A stretch of DNA of 55,369 nucleotides from Chthoniobacterales bacterium (GTDB lineage Bacteria; Verrucomicrobiota; Verrucomicrobiia; Chthoniobacterales; Chthoniobacteraceae), in the NCBI GenBank assembly GCA_038207335.1, contig JBBQZX010000033.1, positions 1 through 55,369 on the forward strand. The letters run 5' to 3'. Shown in pieces: positions 29,516 through 38,438 of the stretch. Made by a program: the position numbers and the translations under genes. The notes under the pieces are model-generated. The model was given only the letters and a program-made list of their open reading frames with translations, was not told the origin of the DNA and ran no database searches. How positions within the stretch are numbered: the stretch's first letter is position 1; every line of letters begins with the position of its first letter.

Positions 29516-29543
29516 AGTGAGTATCCCTTAACTCAATAATCAC

Positions 29544-30398
29544 ATGCCTGGCATCTACCTCACCGCGATCATCACCACTGCCGTGGCGCTCGCGGTCTTT
29601 GGGACGTTACTGCAAAAGCTGCGACTCCCAGCGCAAACCCGGCTCCTCTGGCTGACGCTGGCAATCGCGTTGCCGCTGCAACCGCTGACCTTTTACCTCA
29701 TCCGCGTCCCGCTTGATCACTGGCTCGCGAGCCATCTCGCAGACACGTCGGCATTCTACCAATGGGTAAGGTCGTTTTATGCTCCAGTGACCGAAGAGTT
29801 CGCCAAGCTCATTCCGTTGCTGATTCTTGCAATCCGTCGTGACATTCGTCCGGACAACTTCGTGCGTTACGCGCTGGCGATCGGGCTCGGATTTGCGTTA
29901 GGGGAGATGGGATTCGTCGCCGACCGTATCGCGCGCACGCCTTCCCTTGCGGCTCTTCCTTTTTACCAATTCACCGGCTACGCGGTGGAACGGTTGATGA
30001 CCTGCGTTTTCCACACCGCATTTGTGTCCGTTGCTTTGTGGCGTCTGCGGCGAAGGTTCGCGTTCGGCATTGCCGGAGCGATTGCACTGCACTGGCTCGG
30101 AAATGCACCTATCTTCCTGCTGAATTGGAACGTGGGCGGGCTCGGGAAGGATGTCTGGATGATGATCGTGCAATTCTGGCTGCTCGGTTATTGCGCGCTG
30201 CTCGGAGCGATGCTGGCAGCGTTTGCTTTCGGACGCTGGCCTACGCTCAACGCGGTGTATGGACGCCGGTCCTGTCCCGAGTGCCACGGCGAATATGCCG
30301 CCCCGCTCTTTGCGCTGAATTTCGGACGCACCCGCTACGAACGCTGCCCTCACTGTCGGCGATGGCATTGGACCGAAAGAGCCGCGCCGAGTTCTTGA
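29544..30398 (+). CDS. PrsW/YhfC-like glutamic intramembrane protease with C-terminal Zn ribbon
   Basis: Multi-TM; APVTEEFAK, GLGFALGE, FH and ALHW motifs; CPEC...CPHC at the C-terminus. Confidence 0.78.
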   Translation: MPGIYLTAIITTAVALAVFGTLLQKLRLPAQTRLLWLTLAIALPLQPLTFYLIRVPLDHWLASHLADTSAFYQWVRSFYAPVTEEFAKLIPLLILAIRRDIRPDNFVRYALAIGLGFALGEMGFVADRIARTPSLAALPFYQFTGYAVERLMTCVFHTAFVSVALWRLRRRFAFGIAGAIALHWLGNAPIFLLNWNVGGLGKDVWMMIVQFWLLGYCALLGAMLAAFAFGRWPTLNAVYGRRSCPECHGEYAAPLFALNFGRTRYERCPHCRRWHWTERAAPSS

Positions 30399-30502
30399 TT
30401 AGATGAACCGCGTCGAGTCGCCGGCGGCAGTCATGGAGCGCTTGCCCTTCCAAAACGCGGCCACTTCCCTAATGTGCGCCAGCTCCGATCCGTCCCTTCA
30501 GT

Positions 30503-32530
30503 ATGCCCCGAATTTCATGGTCCACGCTGGTCCTCACGATTCTCGTGTTCGGGATGCTTCCCGTGAGGTCCGCCGAGCCGCCTTACGTCCACGAGGCAGT
30601 GACTTGGTACGACACCCTCGGCTACCCCAATGCGAAGGACCTTCCTTATGTTCGAGTTGCCACGGGCCGGGCTACCAAGACGGGCAACCAGCCTTTTGAA
30701 AACTCCTTCGTCGAAGGTTTTCTTCTCGGCGAAGAAGCCGGCGCCTTCACTGTTTTCATCGGTAGTGTCTCGAAATTTAGGAGCCACTGGGATGAGTTTG
30801 AACCGTATCCACCGCTGACCACCGAGCGTTTTGTCCTCAAGGTGACCGGCCCGGACTACGAGCGGGTCGGCTACGAAATTCTGGACTTCCCCAAGGTCGC
30901 CGCGGAAGCCCTGGAGCGCGTGAAGAAGCGTGCTCCGAGCCGGGACATCGACGGTCTCCGCTGGGGCCGGCCCGTTTCGCACCGGGTGCGTATCTTCGCC
31001 TTCGCCCGCGCCTGTGCGCAAAAGCGTCTCGCCGACACCGCCACCACGCTGGAGGAGATTGCCACGAACATTCCGCAGGAGCAGACGGGCAATGTGGAGC
31101 CGGAAAGGCTTCGCGAAAATCTCCAGCAACAAATCGGGGAGGCAGCACTCGAAAAGGGTGAGGTTGCGGCCCTCGATCCTGCGATCTCTCGGACCGAACT
31201 GCTGAAAACCTACGCCGATTTCCCCGCGCGCTTCCCCGCCAGCACCCGCATCGCTTACGCCCACGAAGCCGCCACCGCGCTGGAGGTCATGATCGCCGAG
31301 GACGCCGCGCACCATCCCAAGCCGCTCGCCGAAATGTCACCCGCCGAACAGGTGGCGGAGAATATTTACCAACTGCGCGATGTGAAAATCTGGATGTGGA
31401 CCATGCACGGGCGTTACCCCATCGATGCCCGCAAGCGCGAAGGCGAGGAGGAGGTCACGCCGGTCCATCGGCTCGTGGATCTCGGCGAGGCTGCCATCCC
31501 GCAATTGATTGCGGCCCTCGAAGACCGCCGCTTTACGCGATCGCCGGTGCCGAGTTGGCACGGAGAGCCCGCGCGAGCCATGCGCGTCGGTGATTTTGCC
31601 CAGCGTATCCTCGAACACATGTCGGGCCGAAATTTCTATCCCCGTCGGGCGGACGATGGGCATCTCATTGCCGGGACCACCCGGCAGCAGGCAGAGGCAT
31701 GGTGGGCGGAGATGCAGGCCAAGGGCGAAAAGAAGCAACTCACGGAGGTCACCGCCGCCGGTGGCGAAGGAGGCTCTGCCGCCGCCTACAAGCTGGTCGA
31801 AAAATACCCGGACGCGGCGATCGGGGCGATCGAAAAGGGATTCCGCGTCACGCCCGAGGACGGGGTCCGTTGCCAATATATCCAAGCCGCGGCGAAACTT
31901 CCCGGAGAGGCCCCGGTGGCGTTTCTCCGTTCGACGCTGGCGAAAAAAGGCACCGGCTTATACTCGCAAAGCTACGCCGCGCAGGCCCTCTTCACCCGTA
32001 GCCAGCCCGATGTCGTCCCGGCGATGATCGACGCCTGGAAAGCTGTCCAGCCGCGCCTCCTGGCGAATGAAGGCGACGCCTACGGCCAAGTGGGCTACGT
32101 CATTACCTTCCTCGCCAAAAGCGGCCACGCCGAAGCCATCGATGCCCTCGCGCACGATTTCGGCAAGGTGCCGCTCGACGTGCGCCTCGCCATCGTCACC
32201 GTGTTTTTACCCTGGCCAAAAAGCAGCGGCATGTCGTCGATCGGCCCCAGCGTGCATGTCGAGGCCGACATCCCCAAGCTCCCCGCCGGAGAAGCCGGCG
32301 CGGCCATCGAGCGCCTCCTCCTCGCCGCACTCGCCGACCCCACTCCGCGCCTCAACATGCAGGGTCATTACGACGAAATCGCCATCGACGACCCCCGCAT
32401 CTGCGACTTCGCCGCCCTCGTCCTCTCGAAACGCTGGCCGGAAAAATACCCCTTCCAGTGGAGCCCCAACACCGCCGATCGCGATACCCAGATCGGCAAA
32501 CTACGCGAGCCACTCAAAGCGAGAGAATAG
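30503..32530 (+). CDS. Secreted hypothetical protein with HEAT-like repeats
   Basis: Signal peptide; LVDLGEAAIPQLIAALED, RVGDFAQRIL, RICDFAALVL. Confidence 0.7.
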   Translation: MPRISWSTLVLTILVFGMLPVRSAEPPYVHEAVTWYDTLGYPNAKDLPYVRVATGRATKTGNQPFENSFVEGFLLGEEAGAFTVFIGSVSKFRSHWDEFEPYPPLTTERFVLKVTGPDYERVGYEILDFPKVAAEALERVKKRAPSRDIDGLRWGRPVSHRVRIFAFARACAQKRLADTATTLEEIATNIPQEQTGNVEPERLRENLQQQIGEAALEKGEVAALDPAISRTELLKTYADFPARFPASTRIAYAHEAATALEVMIAEDAAHHPKPLAEMSPAEQVAENIYQLRDVKIWMWTMHGRYPIDARKREGEEEVTPVHRLVDLGEAAIPQLIAALEDRRFTRSPVPSWHGEPARAMRVGDFAQRILEHMSGRNFYPRRADDGHLIAGTTRQQAEAWWAEMQAKGEKKQLTEVTAAGGEGGSAAAYKLVEKYPDAAIGAIEKGFRVTPEDGVRCQYIQAAAKLPGEAPVAFLRSTLAKKGTGLYSQSYAAQALFTRSQPDVVPAMIDAWKAVQPRLLANEGDAYGQVGYVITFLAKSGHAEAIDALAHDFGKVPLDVRLAIVTVFLPWPKSSGMSSIGPSVHVEADIPKLPAGEAGAAIERLLLAALADPTPRLNMQGHYDEIAIDDPRICDFAALVLSKRWPEKYPFQWSPNTADRDTQIGKLREPLKARE

Positions 32531-32776
32531 CTTGCGTGGGTGGATGCGGATTTCGGACTGGTGCGGGTGCTGAGTGAGGCGGATGAGGGGAATAGCCGCG
32601 ACTCGAGCGAACTCAGCGCGGAGGCGAGTATCGTGGTGGCGTGATTTTCCCACCGGGGCCGTTCATTTCCACGCGCGAAAACCGCGAAGAGCGCGGGGCG
32701 TGGGAAATCATCGACCGCTCGGCGCGCCATAATTGCCCGCGGTCCGGCTACCGCTTGAAGGTGCAACTGCGCACCG

Positions 32777-34423
32777 TCACTTCCCGAAAATCGCTTCGCG
32801 GAGCAGGGGCGTGTTGGCTTCCTTGTCCCAGTAGGCGAAGCCTGCTTTCCAGTCCCAGAGCGTCCAGGGGATGCCGTGGGACTCTGCAAGCGTGCGGACA
32901 TCGCGGACGTATTTGATTCGGTCTTTGAGCTCGGCCGTCGTGACGACACCGAATTCGCCGAGGTGGACGGGACGGCCGTATTTTTCGGACCATGCCGCGG
33001 CTTTGGCGAGGAGCTCCTTCGCGATGGCGGATGAGCACGGGTTCTGTTCAGCAGGGAGCGTGTTGTAGTCTTTGATGAACTTCACGATGTCGCCGCGGTT
33101 CTTGAGCGAGTCGGGGACGGCGAGCGGCGCTTCCGGCGGACCGGGGTAGTGGACACCTTTGAGGGCTGTCATCCCGGTCCAGTTGGCGCCCTGATGGGTG
33201 AAGAAGAAAGGATCGTAGTTGTGGAGCGTCACGATCAGACGGTCGTCATCGGCGGGAAGGCGCAGCTTTTCCAACTCCTTCACGCTGCTCCACTCGCCGC
33301 AGGTGACGAGGATGATGCGCGTGGGGTCGATGCGGCGGATGGCCTCCAGGGTGTGGGCGTTGAGAAGGTTGAGGCGCGAGGTGGTCATCGCGTCCTTGGG
33401 CTCATTGAGGAGCTCGAGGAAAAGCTCCGGCGAGCGGCTCTTGAAATGAGTCGCGATGGCTTTCCATCCATCGACGAAACGCTGCTGGAAGGCATCGGGA
33501 TCGGAGGTGAGGGCATCGTAGTGGTGCCAGTCGATGATGACGTGGAGCTTCAGCTTGAGCGCGAGGTCGATGAGGGGCTCGATCTCACCGAGGAGCGCGG
33601 GGGAGATCCCGGTTTTGCCGGCTTTTGTGGTGAGATAGTGGTGCCACGCGATCGGGATGCGGATGTGGTCGAAACCTTGAGCCGCCGCGAGACGGACGTC
33701 CTCGACGCTGTAGGGGATTTGCCAGGAAAACGGGGGCGGGACTTCCCATCGGTTACCGAAGTTCACGCCGCGCTTGATCTTCCTCGCGGCGGCGTGCGCG
33801 GGTGTGTCGCTGCCCAGCTTCACCATCGCCTCCATCCCCGGAATGCTCGCGGCCATGGCGTGAACGGTGAGAGTCACCCGAGTGCCGCCTTTCACCGCAA
33901 ACGACTGGGACATCGTCCGGTTGTTCCATGCAGCGGCGAGGTGTTTCCCGGAGAGCGGTGTGGCGTCCGCGAGAGGCCACGTTTTGAAGGGGATGGCATC
34001 CGACTTCCAAGACGCAAAGTTCTCGCCGGAGATTTGCTCGAAGTCGGCGTTCAGGAGCGTGGCCCCTTCGATGGCGAGCTTGTCGTAGAGGACTTCTGTC
34101 TGCGTGCCGCTCTGATCCCAAGGGCCGAGCAGAGAGAGTGTGACGGAGGTGTCCTTGGCCGGAGTGAAAGAGACGGTCGCTTCCGTCCATCCGCCAGTGG
34201 TGATGGGGAAAGTGATATCGGTGAGCCGTTCGTTCTCGGCGGGTGTGCCCAGCCAGCCCGCGGGGCCGGCGGCACCTGCCGACGTTTGGACGGTCACCGG
34301 CGGGGAGTCGGCTGGCACCTGGAGCCAGAGCCGGGCATCGGCGGCGACACCGATCTTCGGAGCAGCGTTGGCGAGGGAGGCGGTGAACAGGCAGGCAGCG
34401 AGCAGGAGGAAGGCAGCTTTCAT
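32777..34423 (-). CDS. Secreted glycoside hydrolase family 5 with an N-terminal accessory domain
   Basis: Signal peptide; RGVNFGN, GFDHIRIP, IIDWHH, ELLNEP (acid/base), HNYDP, HLGEFG (nucleophile), WTLWD. Confidence 0.9.
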   Translation of the reverse strand: MKAAFLLLAACLFTASLANAAPKIGVAADARLWLQVPADSPPVTVQTSAGAAGPAGWLGTPAENERLTDITFPITTGGWTEATVSFTPAKDTSVTLSLLGPWDQSGTQTEVLYDKLAIEGATLLNADFEQISGENFASWKSDAIPFKTWPLADATPLSGKHLAAAWNNRTMSQSFAVKGGTRVTLTVHAMAASIPGMEAMVKLGSDTPAHAAARKIKRGVNFGNRWEVPPPFSWQIPYSVEDVRLAAAQGFDHIRIPIAWHHYLTTKAGKTGISPALLGEIEPLIDLALKLKLHVIIDWHHYDALTSDPDAFQQRFVDGWKAIATHFKSRSPELFLELLNEPKDAMTTSRLNLLNAHTLEAIRRIDPTRIILVTCGEWSSVKELEKLRLPADDDRLIVTLHNYDPFFFTHQGANWTGMTALKGVHYPGPPEAPLAVPDSLKNRGDIVKFIKDYNTLPAEQNPCSSAIAKELLAKAAAWSEKYGRPVHLGEFGVVTTAELKDRIKYVRDVRTLAESHGIPWTLWDWKAGFAYWDKEANTPLLREAIFGK

Positions 34424-34462
34424 GGGGATTTCTAATCTTTGGTGGGAGGCATTCGCGGGGCA

Positions 34463-35986
34463 TCAATCTTTCCGCACGGCGGGCTTGAGCGTCCAGGCTT
34501 GCTGGCGCGCGACTTCGAGGATCTTCGGCGCGCGGAAGTCGGCTTTGTGAATCACCCAGCCGCCGAAAAGATTCGGCGTGTCATCGGCGACGTGGCGGGC
34601 GGGCGCGATGACGGTATTCGCGGGGATCGGAACTTCGTCAGCGATCGGCAGCACGCCGTGCTTCATCTGCGCGTCGAAGACGAAGGCGAGGGCGACGAGG
34701 AAATCCGACGGTGCCACCGCGTCGGCACCGATGAAGACTCGCGCGGGAATCCGCAGTTGCGTCTGGATAAAATCGCGCGCATCGAGCGCCGCAGCGCGAA
34801 AGGCCGGCCACGGGAGGCGCTGTTCATTCGTGGGCGCGGGCGGTGCGGCGTCCGGGCCGAGGAGACTGCGCGCGGGAAGGGGGAACGCCGGCGCTTTGTC
34901 GTCGATCAATCCACCCACCGCGAGCGTCAGCAGCTCGAATTGGTCGGCGAGCGAGAACGCCCTCTTCCCGATCACTTGAAAGTCCACGCCCGCGGCGTCG
35001 CGAGCCAGAATCCGGCGCGCGAGTTCCGCCAGCTCAGGCTTCGTCGCGCCGTCGGTACGGACGGCATCGCGATAGATCGCGGGCAGCTCGCTCGCGGTCA
35101 CGAATCGCACGCCGGGGATCGTGAGGAGATGATCCAGATACTCGCCGAAGCGCTGGAACGCGGCCTCGGTTTCCTCCGGCGGAAGCTGAGCGGGCGGTCG
35201 CCAGTCGGCGCGCGGCGGATTCGCACCGCGGGAGAAATTCACGCCATCCCAAAACTCGCGATGCACCCATTCGCACGGGTGATAGAAGATGCTGATGATG
35301 CCGCCGCCATCCTCGCGCGCGAGCCGCTCCGCCATCGCCGAGACTTCCTGCTTCGCCGGCTCGACGGCTGCCGCGTCGTGCAACTCCATCCGCGTGTAGC
35401 CCCGCCCGTGTCCCATCTTGTAAACGTGCAGCGCTCCCGCGAACCAAAACGGCTTCTCGTTCAAACCGATCGGCGACCCCTCGTCCACGTAGCACGGCGC
35501 GACGCCGATCTCCGGCAGCGCCGCCGTGGATTGCGCGGCCCACGACGACCCCGGCTGTCCGTAGCACGCGAGCTTCTTTACACCGAAAATACGCCGCACA
35601 TCCGCCGCGCCGCTGCGCTCGCGCCGGACAAATTCCGCCATACCATCGAGCAGCCCGCAGGGCGCGAGATACTCCGTGGGCGTCGGATGTGTGGAGTGAA
35701 AATCCGAGTGGTAGCCGATGTCATGCTGCTGGAGCGCGGCGATCACGTCGCGCCGCCCGCGCCCCTCCAGCACGCGCGCCTTTTCACCCACGACTTTAAA
35801 GGTGGCGCGCATCTTCCGCGCCGTGAGCATCTCGGCGATCCGCTTGGCTGCATCGTCCGCGGCGGGCAGCAGGTAATCCTCCGTATCGAACCAAAGGATT
35901 ACGTCGATGCGCGGCTCGGAGGCGCGAGCGCTCGGAGGCAGGCAAACGCCCGCGAGCAAGAGAAGAATCCCCAACGCAGTTTTCAT
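34463..35986 (-). CDS. Secreted polysaccharide-deacetylase-like (NodB/CE4 fold) protein
   Basis: Signal peptide; LWFDTED, ATFKVVG, HDIGYHSDFH, FYHPCE. Confidence 0.62.
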   Translation of the reverse strand: MKTALGILLLLAGVCLPPSARASEPRIDVILWFDTEDYLLPAADDAAKRIAEMLTARKMRATFKVVGEKARVLEGRGRRDVIAALQQHDIGYHSDFHSTHPTPTEYLAPCGLLDGMAEFVRRERSGAADVRRIFGVKKLACYGQPGSSWAAQSTAALPEIGVAPCYVDEGSPIGLNEKPFWFAGALHVYKMGHGRGYTRMELHDAAAVEPAKQEVSAMAERLAREDGGGIISIFYHPCEWVHREFWDGVNFSRGANPPRADWRPPAQLPPEETEAAFQRFGEYLDHLLTIPGVRFVTASELPAIYRDAVRTDGATKPELAELARRILARDAAGVDFQVIGKRAFSLADQFELLTLAVGGLIDDKAPAFPLPARSLLGPDAAPPAPTNEQRLPWPAFRAAALDARDFIQTQLRIPARVFIGADAVAPSDFLVALAFVFDAQMKHGVLPIADEVPIPANTVIAPARHVADDTPNLFGGWVIHKADFRAPKILEVARQQAWTLKPAVRKD

Positions 35987-36108
35987 TCGTTCGTCTTGTC
36001 ACGCCCCGTCCATGAAAGCGAGAACGCGTGGAGCGCGCGGATTCCGCGTGGCGCGAGACACGCCGACGAGACAGGATGCGGGCTCTTTCAAGCCCCCAGT
36101 TTTACCCC

Positions 36109-37371
36109 ATGAATATCTCCCGCCGATCCGCCCTGAAACGCACCGCTTCGCTCTCGATGGGCGCTGCTTTTACCATCCTCCCCAGCCTCCACGCGGCGGG
36201 ACGAAAGCTCCGCGTGGCCGTGGTCGGCCTTGGCCGCGGGATGGCGCATGTGAAAGCGCTTCTGAGCCTCCCGGACGTCGAGATCGCGTATCTGGCCGAG
36301 GTGGATGAGGGGCGGTTGGCGCGCGGTTTGAAAGCGGTCGCCGATGCGCAAAAGGCGCCCTGCACCGGCGCGAAAGACTTCCGCACCTTTCTCGATGATC
36401 CCTCACTCGATGCGGTGTTCATCGCGACGCCGAACTTCTGGCACACTCCCGCAGCGCTGCTGGCGCTCGCGGCAGGCAAGCATGTGTATGTGGAAAAGCC
36501 CGGCAGCCAGAATCCGCACGAGGCGGAGCTCATCGTCGCCGCGGCGAAGAAGTCCGGCCGGCTCGTGCAGATGGGCAATCAGCGGCGGACCTGGATGCGC
36601 GAAGCGATCGCCGCGTTGCACGCCGGGGCGATTGGCAAGGTGCGATTCGGGCGTGCCTTTTACTACAATGCCCGCGAGTCCATCGGCCAGGGCGCGATCA
36701 AGCCCGTGGGCGACGTGGACTTCGACCTGTGGCGCGGCCCCGTCGCCGACGAGCGCGACATGCGGCCCTTCGTCCATTACGACTGGCACTGGCTCTGGCA
36801 CTGGGGCAACGGCGAGCTCGGCAACAACGGCATCCATTACCTCGACATCCTGCGCTGGGGCCTGCGCGTCGATTACCCGCAGCGCGTCACTTACAATGGC
36901 GGCCGCTACTGGCACGACGACAGCCAGGAGACCCCCGACACCGCCACCGCCGTCTTCGATTGCGGCGACACCGGCATGGAATGGATCCAGAGCAGTTGCC
37001 AACCGCGCGCCGCCGAGACGCCGCTCGCCGAGTGCGTATTCTATGGGGAAGGCGGCACCTTTGCCATCGAGCGGGACGGTTGGGCGGTCTATGATCCGCA
37101 GGGCAAAAAGACCGGTGAGGGAAAAGCGGCCGGCGGCGGCGACCCCGCGCACATCAGAAATTTCCTCGAAGCCATCCGCGGCAACGGCCAGCTCAACAGC
37201 CCCATCGACGACGCGCAGAAGAGCACGATGCTCTGCCACCTCGGCAATATCGCCTACCGCACGCGGACGACAGTGCAATGCGATCCCAAGACCGGCCGGA
37301 TGCTAAACAACCCGGAGGGCGAGAAGCTCTGGAAGCACGACTATCGCTCAGGCTGGGAGCCGAAGCTCTGA
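36109..37371 (+). CDS. Gfo/Idh/MocA oxidoreductase with Tat signal
   Basis: MNISRRSALK twin-Arg signal, VAVVGLGRG, IATPNFWH, GKHVYVEKP, GELGNNGIHYLD. Confidence 0.92.
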   Translation: MNISRRSALKRTASLSMGAAFTILPSLHAAGRKLRVAVVGLGRGMAHVKALLSLPDVEIAYLAEVDEGRLARGLKAVADAQKAPCTGAKDFRTFLDDPSLDAVFIATPNFWHTPAALLALAAGKHVYVEKPGSQNPHEAELIVAAAKKSGRLVQMGNQRRTWMREAIAALHAGAIGKVRFGRAFYYNARESIGQGAIKPVGDVDFDLWRGPVADERDMRPFVHYDWHWLWHWGNGELGNNGIHYLDILRWGLRVDYPQRVTYNGGRYWHDDSQETPDTATAVFDCGDTGMEWIQSSCQPRAAETPLAECVFYGEGGTFAIERDGWAVYDPQGKKTGEGKAAGGGDPAHIRNFLEAIRGNGQLNSPIDDAQKSTMLCHLGNIAYRTRTTVQCDPKTGRMLNNPEGEKLWKHDYRSGWEPKL

Positions 37372-37379
37372 AACGATCC

Positions 37380-37636
37380 GTCGAGTAATCGAACTGAATG
37401 ATCGAAGGCGTCTCGATCTTTCCCGGTCAGCGCACCGGACGCACCATGTACCGCGGAGAGTTTTTCGCGCGATAATTCCTGCTTCCGTGCGAACCGCCTC
37501 CTCGGTGGAAAAGTTCCGCTGCTGGGATCGCCCGCCATCGTGAAAATCGAAGGAGAAAATGGGCCTCGCGATTAACCGGCTCCTTGATTTTGAGGGTGAC
37601 GAACCCGTGTTTGACCGCAGTGGATTGCTTGGGCAA
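37380..37636 (-). pseudogene. Degenerate N-terminus of a probable tyrosine integrase next to the tRNA-Glu 3' end
   Basis: Three frames join to MPKQSTAVKHGFVTLKIKEPVNR/RPIFSFDFHDGGRSQQRNFSTEEAVRTEAGIIA/EKLSAVHGASGALTGKDRDAFDHSVRLL, which resembles an arm-binding N-terminus. No catalytic domain remains. Confidence 0.5.
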
Positions 37637-37692
37637 CGGGTCATACTGCTAGGCAGTCAAGCCCACCGCCCGGAAACCCCCATAAATACAAG

Positions 37693-37765
37693 TAGCGCTA
37701 ACGGGATTCGAACCCGTGTCCCCGCCTTGAGAGGGCAGTGTCCTAGGCCCCTAGACGATAGCGCC
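37693..37765 (-). tRNA. tRNA-Glu (anticodon CTC)
   Basis: GGCGCTATCGTCTAGGGGCCTAGGACACTGCCCTCTCAAGGCGGGGACACGGGTTCGAATCCCGTTAGCGCTA folds as a cloverleaf with T-loop GTTCGAAT. CCA is not encoded. Confidence 0.95.
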
Positions 37766-37825
37766 GTTTTCAGGGGCGGCGACGGTAGCGCACCGCAGCC
37801 TGTTGGCAAATGGAAATGTCTCGCG

Positions 37826-38359
37826 CTACTGGTCGCTGTCCGCTCGCTCGAATGGCTCGGTCGCCGCCACGCGCGTCTGCTGGAGCTTGTGGATGGATTT
37901 CTGCCGCTCGGTCTCGATCAGTTTTTTGATCGACGGATCGAGCGCCGCCATCCGCCCGTAGAGCTTTTTGTAAAATTCCTTCAGCGCCTCGCGCCGCTCG
38001 TAATCCGTTCGCGTCCGATGCGCCACATCCCAGTCGGCTTGAAGCGCAGGGTCTTGCAGCGCTTTAGTTTTTGCCTGCCGAAAATGGATGCGATCCTGCA
38101 TCTCATTCGCCGCGATCTCGGTCTTGGTTTTCTTTTCCTTCGTCGGGGCGGACGGTTCCGTGATCGCGCTGCCACGTGGCTTGCGGGTCGCCTCCGGCGT
38201 CTCTGGGATGAGCGGCAACTGCTCCGGCGCGACCTGCTCTCCCTGCGCGGGCATGAGCTCGAGCTTCTCGCCGGCGGGCTTTGTCGGCGCGGCATCTTGG
38301 GCGAAAAGTAGCGCGCTCCCGAGGAGGCAGAACGTCAGTGAAAGGAGTGTTTGTTTCAT
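37826..38359 (-). CDS. Secreted hypothetical protein
   Basis: Signal peptide MKQTLLSLTFCLLGSALLFA; helical charged mature region. Confidence 0.75.
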   Translation of the reverse strand: MKQTLLSLTFCLLGSALLFAQDAAPTKPAGEKLELMPAQGEQVAPEQLPLIPETPEATRKPRGSAITEPSAPTKEKKTKTEIAANEMQDRIHFRQAKTKALQDPALQADWDVAHRTRTDYERREALKEFYKKLYGRMAALDPSIKKLIETERQKSIHKLQQTRVAATEPFERADSDQ

Positions 38360-38438
38360 GGCGGAGCGGAGTGCGCGGACGATACCGGATAGATTTCATT
38401 TGAAAAGTCCGCCTTCCTCGCGCACAGCGCACAGCCTC

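Noticed and set aside
37782..37809. TTGCCA-16-TACCGT promoter for tRNA-Glu (minus strand)
   Set aside because: Plausible but a weak match with a short spacer; not enough support to list as a feature
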